This document shows, piece after piece, positions 20,701 through 30,093 of a DNA stretch of 64,000 nt; position 1 is the first letter of the stretch; each line of letters starts with the position of its first letter. The notes under the pieces were generated by a model. It was not told the DNA's origin. It ran no database searches and worked only from the letters and a program-made list of their open reading frames with translations. Both the position numbers and the translations under genes were made by a program. This DNA is from an uncultured Gemmatimonadaceae bacterium (GTDB lineage: Bacteria; Gemmatimonadota; Gemmatimonadetes; Gemmatimonadales; Gemmatimonadaceae): the NCBI GenBank assembly GCA_963740355.1, contig CAVUDW010000003.1:864001-928000 (forward strand), given 5' to 3'.

Positions 20701-20803
20701 GCTCTACAAACTCGTGCCGCCTGGCATCCGACGCGATGCGCCTGCCGAATCCGGTGTGGCGCATCCCGTCTCCTTCGTGCCCACTCAACCAGCGCCGGTG
20801 TAG
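17699..20803 (+). CDS. AcrB/AcrD/AcrF family RND permease
   Basis: About 1035 aa; GLLVDDSIVVVENI, KNSLLLVD, RFLPIVLTT; GTG overlaps the adaptor stop codon. Confidence 0.93.
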   Translation: MKLIDYFVRNAQLTIVLLIALLAAGVQAFITIPRAEDPLIDFPGFTVVAVYPGAAPGDVEQLVINPIEKRLKELSDIKKIATQITDGLGVVFIEFNTGSVPSRKKDDVLREVNQLRATLPPELALLDVISNNTGDVNILQYALVSPTAPYAALDARSRALKDRLAAVPGIRKVTRVGAPVREVQVSLDLGRLSALHLPLNAVLGALGSESANVPGGTVNVSRKQFVVNTSGSFTSLDQVRNTVVGASGSAVVRLRDVATVQWGYADATHITRHDGQRAVFIAASMRDGANITDVQPKVAEAVRQFESELPAGITLETAFDQSQNVKSRLGRLVEDFGIAISLVLITLLPLGLRAAGVVMVSIPLSLAVGTVLLQNFGFTLNQLTIVGFVIALGLLVDDSIVVVENISRFLRGGMSRQDAAIAGTRQITPAILGATGTLIFAFVPLMLLPGGPGDYIRSLPAAVIATILASLVVSLAIIPFLASAVMPRTSDEHGNRVLQWLQRVIEKSYTPLLHRALLHPRRTLALAAALFVGAIGLVPLIGFSLFPKAGIPQFRITVQMPDDATLAQTDSAVRFVERTLMARPAVEHVLSNVGHGNPFVYYNVQPANDQTNFAEIVARVKAFDPKHTPQLLDTLRTIFDAYPDGRIAVREYENGPPLEAPIAIRFIGPNLDSLRSLAGRFERVLASIPGTRDVDNPLGTRRTNVRVGIDRARAGLLGVQVVDIDRVVRLGLAGVPAGRIQDVDGEAYDVTARLARSGRATPAALSQLYVPSQNGAQVPLGQVSTLTLESALPRIQHFDTERSVTVTGQVRTGFNTDRLTTTAMDSLKSWQLPDGYRWAAAGEIESRQESFGGFGGAILLATFGILMVLILEFKTFKSMLIVASVIPLGVIGGMVGLFISGYTLSFTAMIGFVALIGIEIKNSLLLVDYTNQLREGGADLDHAIEEAGRVRFLPIVLTTATAIGGLLPLALQGSSLYSPLAIVIIGGLISSLLLSRLVTPVLYKLVPPGIRRDAPAESGVAHPVSFVPTQPAPV

Positions 20804-21060
20804 CCCTCGGCCTTCAACGATGCCACGATCCTGGCGCGCAATGCGTGGGCTTCGCCGGACAGCGGCAACGCCGCCGGGATCTGCTCGAGGACTCGCCGGG
20901 CGAACGTGAAATGGGACGCGCAGTTCCGGCAGGTGTCGACATGATGCTGCACCGCCTCCATGGTCTCCTCCGGCAGGCGACCATCAAGGAAGTCATAAAG
21001 CGCACGCGCAGCGGTCTCGCATTCGATCAGTGCGGGCCCCTCGCGCTCACTGTTTTGCAT
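20785..21060 (-). CDS. Soluble zinc-binding anti-sigma factor (zf-HC2, RsrA/RshA-like)
   Basis: CETAARALYDFLDG...HVDTCRNC (HxxxCxxC); TGATG coupling to the sigma gene. Confidence 0.85.
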   Translation of the reverse strand: MQNSEREGPALIECETAARALYDFLDGRLPEETMEAVQHHVDTCRNCASHFTFARRVLEQIPAALPLSGEAHALRARIVASLKAEGYTGAG

Positions 21061-21650
21061 CACTCGACTCCCAGGACTGGTGGCGCGGTGTCGCGGACGA
21101 TGCCCGCGTCGACGGCGTACGTGTACAACGACTTCTGCAGCAGACGACGCGCGCGAAAGAGCCGCGAACGCACCGTCCCTACGGGCACACCCAGCACCTC
21201 GGCGGCCGTCTCGTACGACTCGCCTTCCACGTCGACGAGAATGACGGCCGTACGATAGACCTCTGGCACGGCATCGAGCGCCTTGCGAATGGCGGGCCCC
21301 ACCTCGATGCGGTCGACGATTTCCGCCAATCCGCTCCGATCCGCCTCGCCATGCTCCATGCTCGCGGCCAACGACTCGAGGTCGGCATCCTCTCCCGAGG
21401 TATCGACGACCCGTGCTTCGCGTTCCCGCTGCCGCAGGAACACGTTGCGACAGATCGTGAACAGCCAGCGACGCGCATCGTGCCCGACCTTGAACGTGTC
21501 CCACGCACGGTACGCGCGGAGGTACGTCTCCTGCACCAGGTCGTCGGCCAGTGCCTCGTCATGCGCCAGCGATCGCGCGAACCGCACCACGTGTGGCAGC
21601 GCGGCGAGGACCATCGCATCAAATTCCGAGTCGCGCGGTGAGTCGTTCAT
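21060..21650 (-). CDS. ECF RNA polymerase sigma factor
   Basis: Region 2 ADDLVQETYLRAY...WLFTICRN; region 4 YETAAEVLGVPVGTVRSRLFRAR. Confidence 0.92.
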   Translation of the reverse strand: MNDSPRDSEFDAMVLAALPHVVRFARSLAHDEALADDLVQETYLRAYRAWDTFKVGHDARRWLFTICRNVFLRQREREARVVDTSGEDADLESLAASMEHGEADRSGLAEIVDRIEVGPAIRKALDAVPEVYRTAVILVDVEGESYETAAEVLGVPVGTVRSRLFRARRLLQKSLYTYAVDAGIVRDTAPPVLGVE

Positions 21651-21858
21651 CTGGCCTGAAAATGCGGGAGAATCCGAACGTCAGAATCTACGGTCGGCAC
21701 GGGTGCCGGAGGGAACGACGCCACGCCGGTCCCGTCACCCACGCTCGAGAAACGTCCGCCGCGAGCGATTGGATCTCCGAGTGAGTGGCTCCGCCCCGGC
21801 GCATACCGTCGCTCAGACGGCCAGTGGGAGAAGCCGTTTAGAGCCGTCAAAAATCCCT

Positions 21859-22878
21859 CTAGAATCCCACGCCGCTGCCTGGCTTCTCGCGTCGGTAGGC
21901 GCGCAGGTCGTGCCACCACTGCACGCAGGCCGCTTCGATGGCGGCTGTGGCATTGGCGAGGCGCGCCGGCCCTGCCCCGCTGATACGGACCCACGGCTTG
22001 CCCAGGCGCTCGAGGTGGAACATGAGGCGAGCGTGGAACCAGTCACGATCGCTGGACATCACCCGCACGCCGTCGGCGACCCACGCAATATCGGGATCGC
22101 ACAGCAGGTAGAGATCGATCGGCTGCCGCGCCGCGACTTCCCACACATGCGCGGGCACCGGCTGTCGAAGCCATTCGGTCCAGATCGCGGTCACGATCGC
22201 TTCGGTGTCCGTGACACAGAGGCCGCGCGCGCGGCGCTGGGCGTCACGGATCAGCACCTGTTGGCCATCGGTCACCAGCACCGCATCTAGCTCGGTCCAA
22301 TGATGATGCGGGACGCCGGTCGTGTACGTGCGACCGTATTCGTCGACCCAGGCGGTGTCGTAGGCGTGCGCGATCTGCTCCGAGAGCGTGGACTTGCCGA
22401 CGCTTTCGCCACCCACCAGCGCCACCGTGCGCACGAACCACGGTCGCGCAGCCGGTGCCAGCAAATCCCAATGCTGCCACGGATTCTCGCGAATCTTGCT
22501 GCCGTGGACATCGTCGTGGTTGCGATCGACGTGCACGAACTCCGCCCCCAGGCCAGCCGCGATCCCGTACTGATCCGGATCGCCTGCGAAGACATGTGTC
22601 ACCTCCGGCGCGAGCGTATCGAGCGCCGCGATCCACTCCGCCGCTGAGCCCTGATCCTCGCCTGGCCGCGGCGGCATCGCCGCTTCCGGCACCACCACCC
22701 GCGCCCACGGGCAGCTCTCCACCAGCCAGCGCCAGCGGACATCCCAGGGAATCGGGTCGTCCCAGCGTCGCTCCAGCACGATGGTGGTGCGGGTGCAACG
22801 CGCACGGGCGGCGTCGAACAGCGCCAGGTGACCGCGGTGCACCGGCAGGAACCGGCCGACCAGCAGGGCGTGAGACAT
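21859..22878 (-). CDS. NadR-type NMN adenylyltransferase / ribosylnicotinamide kinase without an HTH domain
   Basis: GRFLPVHRGH (HxGH), Walker A GGESVGKST, EYGR, DTEAIVT, WVADGVR. Real start MSHALL; the upstream extension of the track ORF is antisense to the next gene. Confidence 0.8.
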   Translation of the reverse strand: MSHALLVGRFLPVHRGHLALFDAARARCTRTTIVLERRWDDPIPWDVRWRWLVESCPWARVVVPEAAMPPRPGEDQGSAAEWIAALDTLAPEVTHVFAGDPDQYGIAAGLGAEFVHVDRNHDDVHGSKIRENPWQHWDLLAPAARPWFVRTVALVGGESVGKSTLSEQIAHAYDTAWVDEYGRTYTTGVPHHHWTELDAVLVTDGQQVLIRDAQRRARGLCVTDTEAIVTAIWTEWLRQPVPAHVWEVAARQPIDLYLLCDPDIAWVADGVRVMSSDRDWFHARLMFHLERLGKPWVRISGAGPARLANATAAIEAACVQWWHDLRAYRREKPGSGVGF

Positions 22879-23079
22879 CAGGACGGGGCGAGAGTCGCGT
22901 GCCCGCCGACGGCGTGCCGGGGAGCGGAGGCGACCGTGGGAGCAGGCGCCGGGGGAAGAATGCACCCCGGAAGAGGTGTGCGGAATCGCAGGGCTCGGTC
23001 GTCCTTGGCTTAGCCGCAAACGCGCCGACACTCGAAGCCGAGGGCCGCCGCGCCCATGCGACCACCAGACGTCCACCAG

Positions 23080-24498
23080 ATGACCATCCAAGTCCGGACA
23101 ACAGCTCCAACCGCACGCCCCACCACGCCGGTTTTTCAGCCCATTCAACAGGCTGACGCGTCGGCGATTCCGATTGCCGAGTTGCTGGCCGCGCTCTCGC
23201 ACGCGCTCGACCTCACCGAAGGTGCTCCTGCCGGTCATACGTTGCGCAGTTGCATGATCGCCATGCGCATCGCCGACAGCATCGGGCTGGGCGCCGCAGA
23301 TCGCACGGCGCTCTACTACGCGATGCTGCTGAAGGACGCCGGGTGTTCCAGCAACGCGGCACGTATCACCGCCCTCTTCGGATCTGATGACCACGCGGTG
23401 AAGCCGCGGATGAAGATCATCGATGCCAACAAGCGCATCCGGCTCGCCATCGAGACGTTTCGCAACGCGGGTGGTGGCAATGGTCTGCGGAGCCGCATCT
23501 CGCACTTCATGGGTATCGCGCGCGGCGGTGGCGTCACTCGCGAGTTGATCGCCATTCGCTGTGAACGCGGCGCGAACATCGCACGGCAGATGGGCTTCCC
23601 GGAAGCGACCTGTGACGCGATTCGTTCGCTGGACGAACACTGGAATGGCCTCGGTCACCCGCAAGGCCTGCGCGAGAAGGCCATTCCCCTGCTGTCGCGC
23701 ATCGCAAACCTCGCGCAGACGATGGACATTTTCGTTGGTGCGCAAGGCATTCAGGGCACCATGCGAATGGTCAAGGATCGCCGCAAGACCTGGTTCGATC
23801 CCCAACTCGCCGATCTCGTCCTCAAGTGGCAGAAGGACAAGGACTGGTGGGACTGGCTTCGTGAGTCGGCGCCGGAAATCGAGGTCACGGCGCTTGAACC
23901 CGCCGACCCGCAGCGGGTCGTGAACAACAGTGGCCTCGATCTCGTGGCGCAGTCATTCGCGGACATCGTCGACGCCAAGTCACCCTTCACCTATCGCCAC
24001 AGCACCAACGTGTCGCGGTGGGCACGCGCCGTGGGTTCGAAGTTCTACACCGATGAAAAGGACCTCACGCGACTCTCGCGCGCCGGACTGCTGCACGACG
24101 TCGGCAAGCTCGGTGTGTCGAACACCATTCTCGACAAGAACGGACCACTCTTCGACGAAGAACGGACGCTGATGCAGGCGCACCCGATCCACACGTGGGA
24201 GATTCTGCGACGAGTCCGTGTCTTCTCGGACTTTGCGAAGATGGCGTCACTGCATCACGAAAAGCTCGATGGCTCAGGGTATCCCTGGAAGGTGCCGGCC
24301 GAGGGGCTCGACCTCCAGGCACGCATCCTCGTGGTGGCCGACATCTTCGAGGCGCTGACCGCCGATCGCCCTTATCGCGCGGGCATGCCGATCGAGGCGG
24401 CACTCGCGATCCTCGAGCGGGATCGCGACCACAAGCTCGATGGTCGTGTGCTCGACGCCCTCGAACAGGCAACGAAGGAAATCCCGCTGCAGGAGTGA
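23080..24498 (+). CDS. Tandem HD / HD-GYP phosphohydrolase, putative cyclic-dinucleotide phosphodiesterase
   Basis: First domain degenerate (LLKDAG); second has LHDVGK, HHEKLDGSGYP, DIFEALTADRPYR. Confidence 0.85.
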   Translation: MTIQVRTTAPTARPTTPVFQPIQQADASAIPIAELLAALSHALDLTEGAPAGHTLRSCMIAMRIADSIGLGAADRTALYYAMLLKDAGCSSNAARITALFGSDDHAVKPRMKIIDANKRIRLAIETFRNAGGGNGLRSRISHFMGIARGGGVTRELIAIRCERGANIARQMGFPEATCDAIRSLDEHWNGLGHPQGLREKAIPLLSRIANLAQTMDIFVGAQGIQGTMRMVKDRRKTWFDPQLADLVLKWQKDKDWWDWLRESAPEIEVTALEPADPQRVVNNSGLDLVAQSFADIVDAKSPFTYRHSTNVSRWARAVGSKFYTDEKDLTRLSRAGLLHDVGKLGVSNTILDKNGPLFDEERTLMQAHPIHTWEILRRVRVFSDFAKMASLHHEKLDGSGYPWKVPAEGLDLQARILVVADIFEALTADRPYRAGMPIEAALAILERDRDHKLDGRVLDALEQATKEIPLQE

Positions 24499-24615
24499 CG
24501 ATCCCGCTATGACAGGTCGGTGCGGGATGCCAAGCTGACATGTCATGGGTCGATCTTCGGGTCCGGATCAGTCATCTTGCGGGAGCCCTGCCCCGTCTCC
24601 TGACCTGTTTGCCAC

Positions 24616-27147
24616 ATGCCGCAACCCACGATCACCGTCCACAAGTTCGGCGGTGCTGCTCTTGCTGACCTCGCCGCCTTCCGACACGCGGCTGAAATCG
24701 TCGCGTCGCACGGCGGCGATCGCCCAGTCATCGTCGTCTCCGCCATGCGCGGTGTCACGGATGCGCTCGGTGTAGCCGCGACGGCAGCGGCTCCGAAGGC
24801 ACGCGCCACCCTGGCCACCCTCGAAAGTCGGCATCGCGCCGTCGCCAACGGGCTCACCAGCGATCCGGTGGCCCGCGCCACCCTCTCGGCGTCGATCGCC
24901 ACGGTGTTCGCGGAATTGACCAAGGTCTGCACCCGCCGGCGAAGCGGCTCGCTCGACGCGGTGCAGCTCGACTTCGTGATGTCGCGCGGCGAGGTGCTGG
25001 CGGCCACCCTTTTCGTCTCGGCCCTCGAACAGCAGCACCTGCACGCCACCAGCATCGACGCCGCCAAGCTGGTCTTCACCGACGGCATCGCCGGCAGCGC
25101 CGCACCTGACATCGCGAAGACGACGGCGGCCGCCGCCAAGTTGATCGTGCCCCGGCTCAGGAAGGGCATCATTCCCGTCATCCCTGGCTTCTACGGTCGC
25201 GGGAAGAAGGGGGCGGTCGTCACGCTTGGCCGCGGCGGCACGGACGTCACCGCCACGCTGATGGCGCGCGTGCTGCACGCCAGCACCGTGATGCTCTGGA
25301 AGGACGTCCCCGGCCTGTTGACGGCCGATCCACGCGTCGTGCCCGACGCACGACTGATTCCATCGCTGCATGTGCGCGAAGCGTCGGAGCTGGCGTATCA
25401 CGGCGCAAAGATCCTCCATCCTCGGGCGCTGATCGGTCTCCCCGTTTCCACGCGGCTCTATTTGCGGCCCTTGGCAGACCCCAAGGCGATGGGCACGGAG
25501 ATCTCATCATTCGTCACCGCCGGGGTGAAGAAGCGAGGGATGCCGGCACTGCCTGTGAAGGCGCTGGCCGTGATCTCGGATCAGGCACTGGTCACGATCG
25601 TCGGCAACGGGATGGCCGGACTCCCGGGCGTCGCGGCGCGCGCACTGGGAGCACTCGAGCAGATGAGCATCTCGGTGTCGCTGATCTCGATGGCCTCGTC
25701 CGAACACTCCTTGTGCATCGCAGTGCCTGGCCCGCTCGCCACGGCGGTGATGGCGCGCTGGAAGGAGGTCTTCGCAGCCGAGATCGCACGACGCGACATC
25801 GATGGTATCGATGTGAGACGAAAAGTCGCGACACTGGCAATCGTCGGCCTCGGCATGGCCGGCACCCCCGGCGTCTCAGCGCGCCTCTTCGATGCCCTCG
25901 CCCAGAGCCGCATCAACGTGGTGGCGATTGCGCAGGGTGCATCCGAGATGAACATTTCGGTCGTGATCGACGAGAGTGCCGCGGCCGTCGCACAGCGCGC
26001 CGTGCATGCGGCCTTCCGGCTCGACAAGATCGGCGGCGGTGACGCCGGTGCGCGCCAGCATGCCGACGTGATCGTGCTCGGCTTCGGCCTCATCGGTCGT
26101 GAACTGGCGCTGCAACTGGCACAACGGCGCACGCCAGAGGGAGGACGCCTCACGGCTCCGGTGCGGGTGGTCGCCGTGATCGATCGCAGCGGGTACGTCT
26201 TCGATCCTCGCGGCCTGACACCGAAGAAGCTCACCGCACTGGCCGAGGCGAAGGCGGCAGGCAAGACGCTGGCTGGGCAGGCCGAGGGAATCCGCGCCAG
26301 TGACGAAGCCGCACTGCGTGCCATTGCGACGCACGCACTCGAGCGACCGATCCTCGTCGACGTCACCGCATCCGAGACATCACCGACGCTCGAAGTCGCG
26401 ATCAACGCCGGCATGGACCTGGTACTCGCCAACAAGCGCCCGCTCGTCACCAGTGGCCGCAACGGCAAGGGATTGGCGAAGCTGGCGGCGTCGCGCGGCC
26501 GGAAGATGCTGCACGAGGCCACCGTCGGCGCCGGTCTCCCGGTGATCGACACCATCAACAAGCTGGCGGCATCGGGCGACAAGATCCTGCAGATCGAGGG
26601 CTGCCCATCCGGCACATTGGGCTTCCTCTTCAGCGAGATGTCACGCGGCACCAGGTTCTCCGTCGCGCTGCAATCGGCGATGGCGAAGGGCTACACCGAA
26701 CCTGATCCGCGCGACGACTTGTCGGGCATGGACGTGGCTCGCAAGGCGCTCATCCTCGGTCGGCTGCTGGGCTACACCAGCGAGCTTCAGGACATCAAGG
26801 TCGAATCGCTGGTGCCGGTGCCGCTGCGCAAGCTGCCGCTGGCGGAGTTCCTCGCTCGCGCCAGTGAAGTGGATGCCGACTGGGCCCGACGCGTGGGTGA
26901 TGCACAGGCGCGTGGTGAAGTCCTGCGCTATCGCATCATCGTCACCAGCAAGATGGTGCGCGTGGGTGTGGTGGCCGTCGACGCCAGCAGCCCGCTTGGC
27001 GCCCTCGGTGGCACCGACAATCTCTTTGCATTCACGACCACCCGGTACAAGACGAATCCACTTGTCATCACCGGACCAGGTGCTGGGGCTGGCGTCACCG
27101 CCGCCGGTGTCTTCACCGATGTGCTGACGCTCGCTGAACAGCGATGA
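24616..27147 (+). CDS. thrA: Bifunctional aspartokinase/homoserine dehydrogenase
   Basis: KFGG, TLGRGGTD, DVPGLLTADPR, two ACT domains, EATVGAGLPVI, GYTEPDPRDDLSG. Confidence 0.93.
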   Translation: MPQPTITVHKFGGAALADLAAFRHAAEIVASHGGDRPVIVVSAMRGVTDALGVAATAAAPKARATLATLESRHRAVANGLTSDPVARATLSASIATVFAELTKVCTRRRSGSLDAVQLDFVMSRGEVLAATLFVSALEQQHLHATSIDAAKLVFTDGIAGSAAPDIAKTTAAAAKLIVPRLRKGIIPVIPGFYGRGKKGAVVTLGRGGTDVTATLMARVLHASTVMLWKDVPGLLTADPRVVPDARLIPSLHVREASELAYHGAKILHPRALIGLPVSTRLYLRPLADPKAMGTEISSFVTAGVKKRGMPALPVKALAVISDQALVTIVGNGMAGLPGVAARALGALEQMSISVSLISMASSEHSLCIAVPGPLATAVMARWKEVFAAEIARRDIDGIDVRRKVATLAIVGLGMAGTPGVSARLFDALAQSRINVVAIAQGASEMNISVVIDESAAAVAQRAVHAAFRLDKIGGGDAGARQHADVIVLGFGLIGRELALQLAQRRTPEGGRLTAPVRVVAVIDRSGYVFDPRGLTPKKLTALAEAKAAGKTLAGQAEGIRASDEAALRAIATHALERPILVDVTASETSPTLEVAINAGMDLVLANKRPLVTSGRNGKGLAKLAASRGRKMLHEATVGAGLPVIDTINKLAASGDKILQIEGCPSGTLGFLFSEMSRGTRFSVALQSAMAKGYTEPDPRDDLSGMDVARKALILGRLLGYTSELQDIKVESLVPVPLRKLPLAEFLARASEVDADWARRVGDAQARGEVLRYRIIVTSKMVRVGVVAVDASSPLGALGGTDNLFAFTTTRYKTNPLVITGPGAGAGVTAAGVFTDVLTLAEQR

Positions 27148-28451
27148 GTGCCAGCGAACAGGTTTGTGATGGCTGCGGCACGCGGTACACCGCGCGAGAT
27201 GCTCGCGTGGAATGCGCTGCGTGTTGTGGGCTGCTGCACCTCGAGCATCCGCAGCCGCCCACCTGCGCCAGCGCGCTGCGAGAATTTTTCGACGCACGAC
27301 TGACGCCGGCGCGCTCACCGCAGGGCACTGGGCCGGGCAACTCCGGTGTCTGGCGCTTTCGAGAGTTGATCATGCCCGGCGTCACCGATGCCGAACTGGT
27401 GACACAGGGTGAAGGCAACACGCCCCTGTTCGCGCGTCCGCGTGTTGCCGCCTGGGCTGGGGTGGACGACCTGCTGTTGAAGCACGAAGGCCACAACCCG
27501 ACCGGTTCGTTCAAGGATCGTGGCATGACGGTCGCAATCACGCAGGCCAAGCGCATCAGCGCCTCCGCCGTGGCGTGCGCATCCACCGGCAATACCTCCT
27601 CCGCCCTGGCGTCGTATGCCGCACTGGCCGGCTTGCGCGGACTCGTGCTGGTGCCGCAGGGCAAGGTCGCACTGGGCAAGTTGTCACAGACGATCGCGTA
27701 TGGTGCCCAGACACTGCTGGTGCGCGGTGACTTCGATGACTGCCTGCGCCTGGCGCGCGAATCGTCCGAGCAGCTGGGGGTCTATCTCGCGAACTCGATC
27801 AACCCGTGGCGGCTGGAAGGGCAGAAGACCATCATCTACGACCTGCTGCAGCAGTTGCAGTGGCACTCACCCGACTGGCTGGTGTTACCGGCGGGGAATC
27901 TCGGCAATACCTCGGCATTCGGCGCCGCATTGCGTGATGCCATGCGACTCGGGCTGATCACTCGCGTTCCGCGTCTCGCCTGTGTCCAGGCTGCGGGCAG
28001 CGCACCGTTCGCCGCCAGCTTTCGGGAAGGCTTCGCCACGCGTCACGTCGTGCGCGCGGAAACCATCGCGACCGCAATTCGCATCGGTGATCCCGCCAGT
28101 TATGATCGCGCGGTGCGGGCCATCCAGGAGACGGACGGCGTCGTGTTGTCAGTGTCGGATGCCGAAATTCTCGAGGCGAAGGCGATCGTCGACGCCAGCG
28201 GTGTGGGCTGCGAACCTGCCAGCGCCGCCTCGGTGGCGGGCACACGCGCTCTCGTGCGCGATGGCATCATCAAGCCAAGTGATCGCGTGGTGGCGCTGCT
28301 CACCGGTCACATGCTCAAGGATCCCGAAGTGATGCTCGCCTATCATCGTGAAATGGAACCGCCACCACCGTTCGCCAACCGCAGCATCGAGATCGAGGCG
28401 ACGCTCGCCGACATGGAGCGGGTGCTGCGCGGCACACCGGAGTCGATGTGA
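27144..28451 (+). CDS. thrC: Threonine synthase
   Basis: NPTGSFKDRG PLP lysine, CASTGNTS, PAGNLGN, CEPASA; ATGA overlap with thrA. Confidence 0.93.
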   Translation: MSASEQVCDGCGTRYTARDARVECAACCGLLHLEHPQPPTCASALREFFDARLTPARSPQGTGPGNSGVWRFRELIMPGVTDAELVTQGEGNTPLFARPRVAAWAGVDDLLLKHEGHNPTGSFKDRGMTVAITQAKRISASAVACASTGNTSSALASYAALAGLRGLVLVPQGKVALGKLSQTIAYGAQTLLVRGDFDDCLRLARESSEQLGVYLANSINPWRLEGQKTIIYDLLQQLQWHSPDWLVLPAGNLGNTSAFGAALRDAMRLGLITRVPRLACVQAAGSAPFAASFREGFATRHVVRAETIATAIRIGDPASYDRAVRAIQETDGVVLSVSDAEILEAKAIVDASGVGCEPASAASVAGTRALVRDGIIKPSDRVVALLTGHMLKDPEVMLAYHREMEPPPPFANRSIEIEATLADMERVLRGTPESM

Positions 28452-29389
28452 TCGTTCGTCGTGCGTCGGTGCGCGTTCCGGCCAGCACATCGAATCTCGG
28501 TGGTGGATTCGACTGCGTTGGCATGGCGGTCGATCGCTGGTTGCAGGCGACTGTCGTGCTCGACCCTTCGCGGCCGGGGGTCACCATGGCGCGCGGCGGC
28601 TTGCTCGCATCGCTCCAGTGCGATCCGCTGCAGGACCTGGTGTACGAAGGTTTCGTGGCCGCCTGTGAACGTGCCGGCATCGCCATCCCGCCGGGCGTGG
28701 CCTTCGATGTCACCAGTACGATCCCGGTGGCACGTGGGCTCGGCTCATCCGCCGCAGCGCTGGTGGCTGGCGCCGCGCTGGCGGATGCAGCGCTGCAGTT
28801 GGCACTCGGCCGTGACGGCGTCGCGACGCTGGTGTCACAGATCGAGGGGCATCCGGACAACGCCGCACCAGCTGCCTTTGGCGGCGCGATGCTGGGGGTC
28901 GCACGTGACGACGCGACCCCGACTTCGCCCGCGACCTACGCATTCTCGTCGCTGACGGTGCACGAGTCGCTGGCGTTCGTTTTCGCGGTGCCACCATTCG
29001 AGGTGACGACGGCCGCCGCGCGTGCCGTCCTGCCGTCACATGTGTCATTCGGCGACGCCGTCAGCGCCGTGCAGCGTAGTGCGGCCCTGGTACATGGCCT
29101 GGCCACGGGCGACGCAGACTTGCTGGCGCGCGCACTGGATGACGTCCTGCACGTGCCCTACAGACGACACCTGATTCCGGGCTACGACGAAGTCGTGAGC
29201 GCGGCCCGTGCCGCTGGGGCATTCGGCGCCACGCTCAGCGGAAGCGGATCGGCCATGGTAGCCATCGGCCGACCGATGGAAGCGAACAGAATCGCAGTTG
29301 GCATGTCCGACGCGTTCGCCACGCTGGGCCACACCGTGGACACCCTCGTCACGGCGGGCGTGGTGCCTGGGCTGCAGACGGCCGGATAG
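28448..29389 (+). CDS. thrB: Homoserine kinase
   Basis: VPASTSNLGGGFD, IPVARGLGSSAAA, EGHPDN, LSGSG GHMP motifs. Confidence 0.92.
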   Translation: MIVRRASVRVPASTSNLGGGFDCVGMAVDRWLQATVVLDPSRPGVTMARGGLLASLQCDPLQDLVYEGFVAACERAGIAIPPGVAFDVTSTIPVARGLGSSAAALVAGAALADAALQLALGRDGVATLVSQIEGHPDNAAPAAFGGAMLGVARDDATPTSPATYAFSSLTVHESLAFVFAVPPFEVTTAAARAVLPSHVSFGDAVSAVQRSAALVHGLATGDADLLARALDDVLHVPYRRHLIPGYDEVVSAARAAGAFGATLSGSGSAMVAIGRPMEANRIAVGMSDAFATLGHTVDTLVTAGVVPGLQTAG

Positions 29390-29482
29390 CCGCGACGGGG
29401 CGCTGGCCAAAAGGCGGATGGTGGCAGAAACTCCTGCAGCCGACATTCCGTAGAGCGATCAACCCCTCACATCGGTGTCGTC

Positions 29483-29704
29483 ATGCTGACTGCCCTGCTC
29501 CGCCTCTTCGCACTCCGCCCGATCCTTGCCGGCTCGCTGCTTGGCATCCCGATCCTGACGTTGATTCTGCTCGGTCTGGCCGTGTCACTGCTGCTCAAGG
29601 TGGTGCTTTTCATCGTGTTGCCGATCACGCTGGGCTACCTGCTGTTGCGTGCCCTTCGCGGCGTGCGCTCGGTTCGCGCTGACGACGCACCGCAGACGTT
29701 GTAG
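29483..29704 (+). CDS. Small hydrophobic membrane protein
   Basis: 73 aa with two long hydrophobic segments, followed by a terminator. Confidence 0.6.
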   Translation: MLTALLRLFALRPILAGSLLGIPILTLILLGLAVSLLLKVVLFIVLPITLGYLLLRALRGVRSVRADDAPQTL

Positions 29705-29795
29705 AGGCGCAGAGGTCGCTGCGGTCGTGCGCGTCCCACTGACGCGCGCGGCCACGAACCATACGCACGACCCAAACGCACGGACGCACGAACAC

Positions 29796-29835
29796 CGCCC
29801 GCACTCCGATCACGTCGGAGCGCGGGCGTTTTGTT
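29796..29835 (+). terminator. Intrinsic terminator between convergent small genes
   Basis: CGCCCGCACTCCGA-TCACG-TCGGAGCGCGGGCG followed by TTTTGTT. Confidence 0.65.
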
Positions 29836-29963
29836 CACTGGAAGATGTGGAAGTGGCCGAGCACCCACCACAGCACGAGGAAAATGAGCACCGTGCTGAA
29901 ACAGCCGCCGCCCAACTTCTTCGCGCCATATCCGGCCGCGACTCCACGCAACAGCTTGCTCAT
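29835..29963 (-). CDS. 42-aa membrane peptide MSKLLRGVAAGYGAKKLGGGCFSTVLIFLVLWWVLGHFHIFQ
   Basis: GGAG RBS upstream of the ATG; single C-terminal TM helix. Confidence 0.6.
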   Translation of the reverse strand: MSKLLRGVAAGYGAKKLGGGCFSTVLIFLVLWWVLGHFHIFQ

Positions 29964-30093
29964 CGTCTGACTCCACTCGAGAAGAAAGGCCCCGCTGGCG
30001 TATACGCACCGTTGCCGGCATCGGCACGGTCCGCACGTTGCATACGTTGTTCGTTGATCCAGCAAGAACACGCGTCCAGCAGGGAGTTGCATC

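Noticed and set aside
22879..23805. 648-aa fusion ORF extending the NadR-like gene
   Set aside because: The extension is an antisense shadow of the HD-GYP gene; the real start is MSHALL at 22878.
24499..24615. thr attenuator or riboswitch upstream of thrA
   Set aside because: No Thr/Ile-rich leader peptide, T-run terminator or recognisable aptamer; only short hairpins.
29422..29438. Sigma-54 promoter TGGCAGAAACTCCTGCA (also TGGCACAAGGATACGC near 41036)
   Set aside because: Spacing is GG-N11-GC, and sigma-54 spacing is strict.
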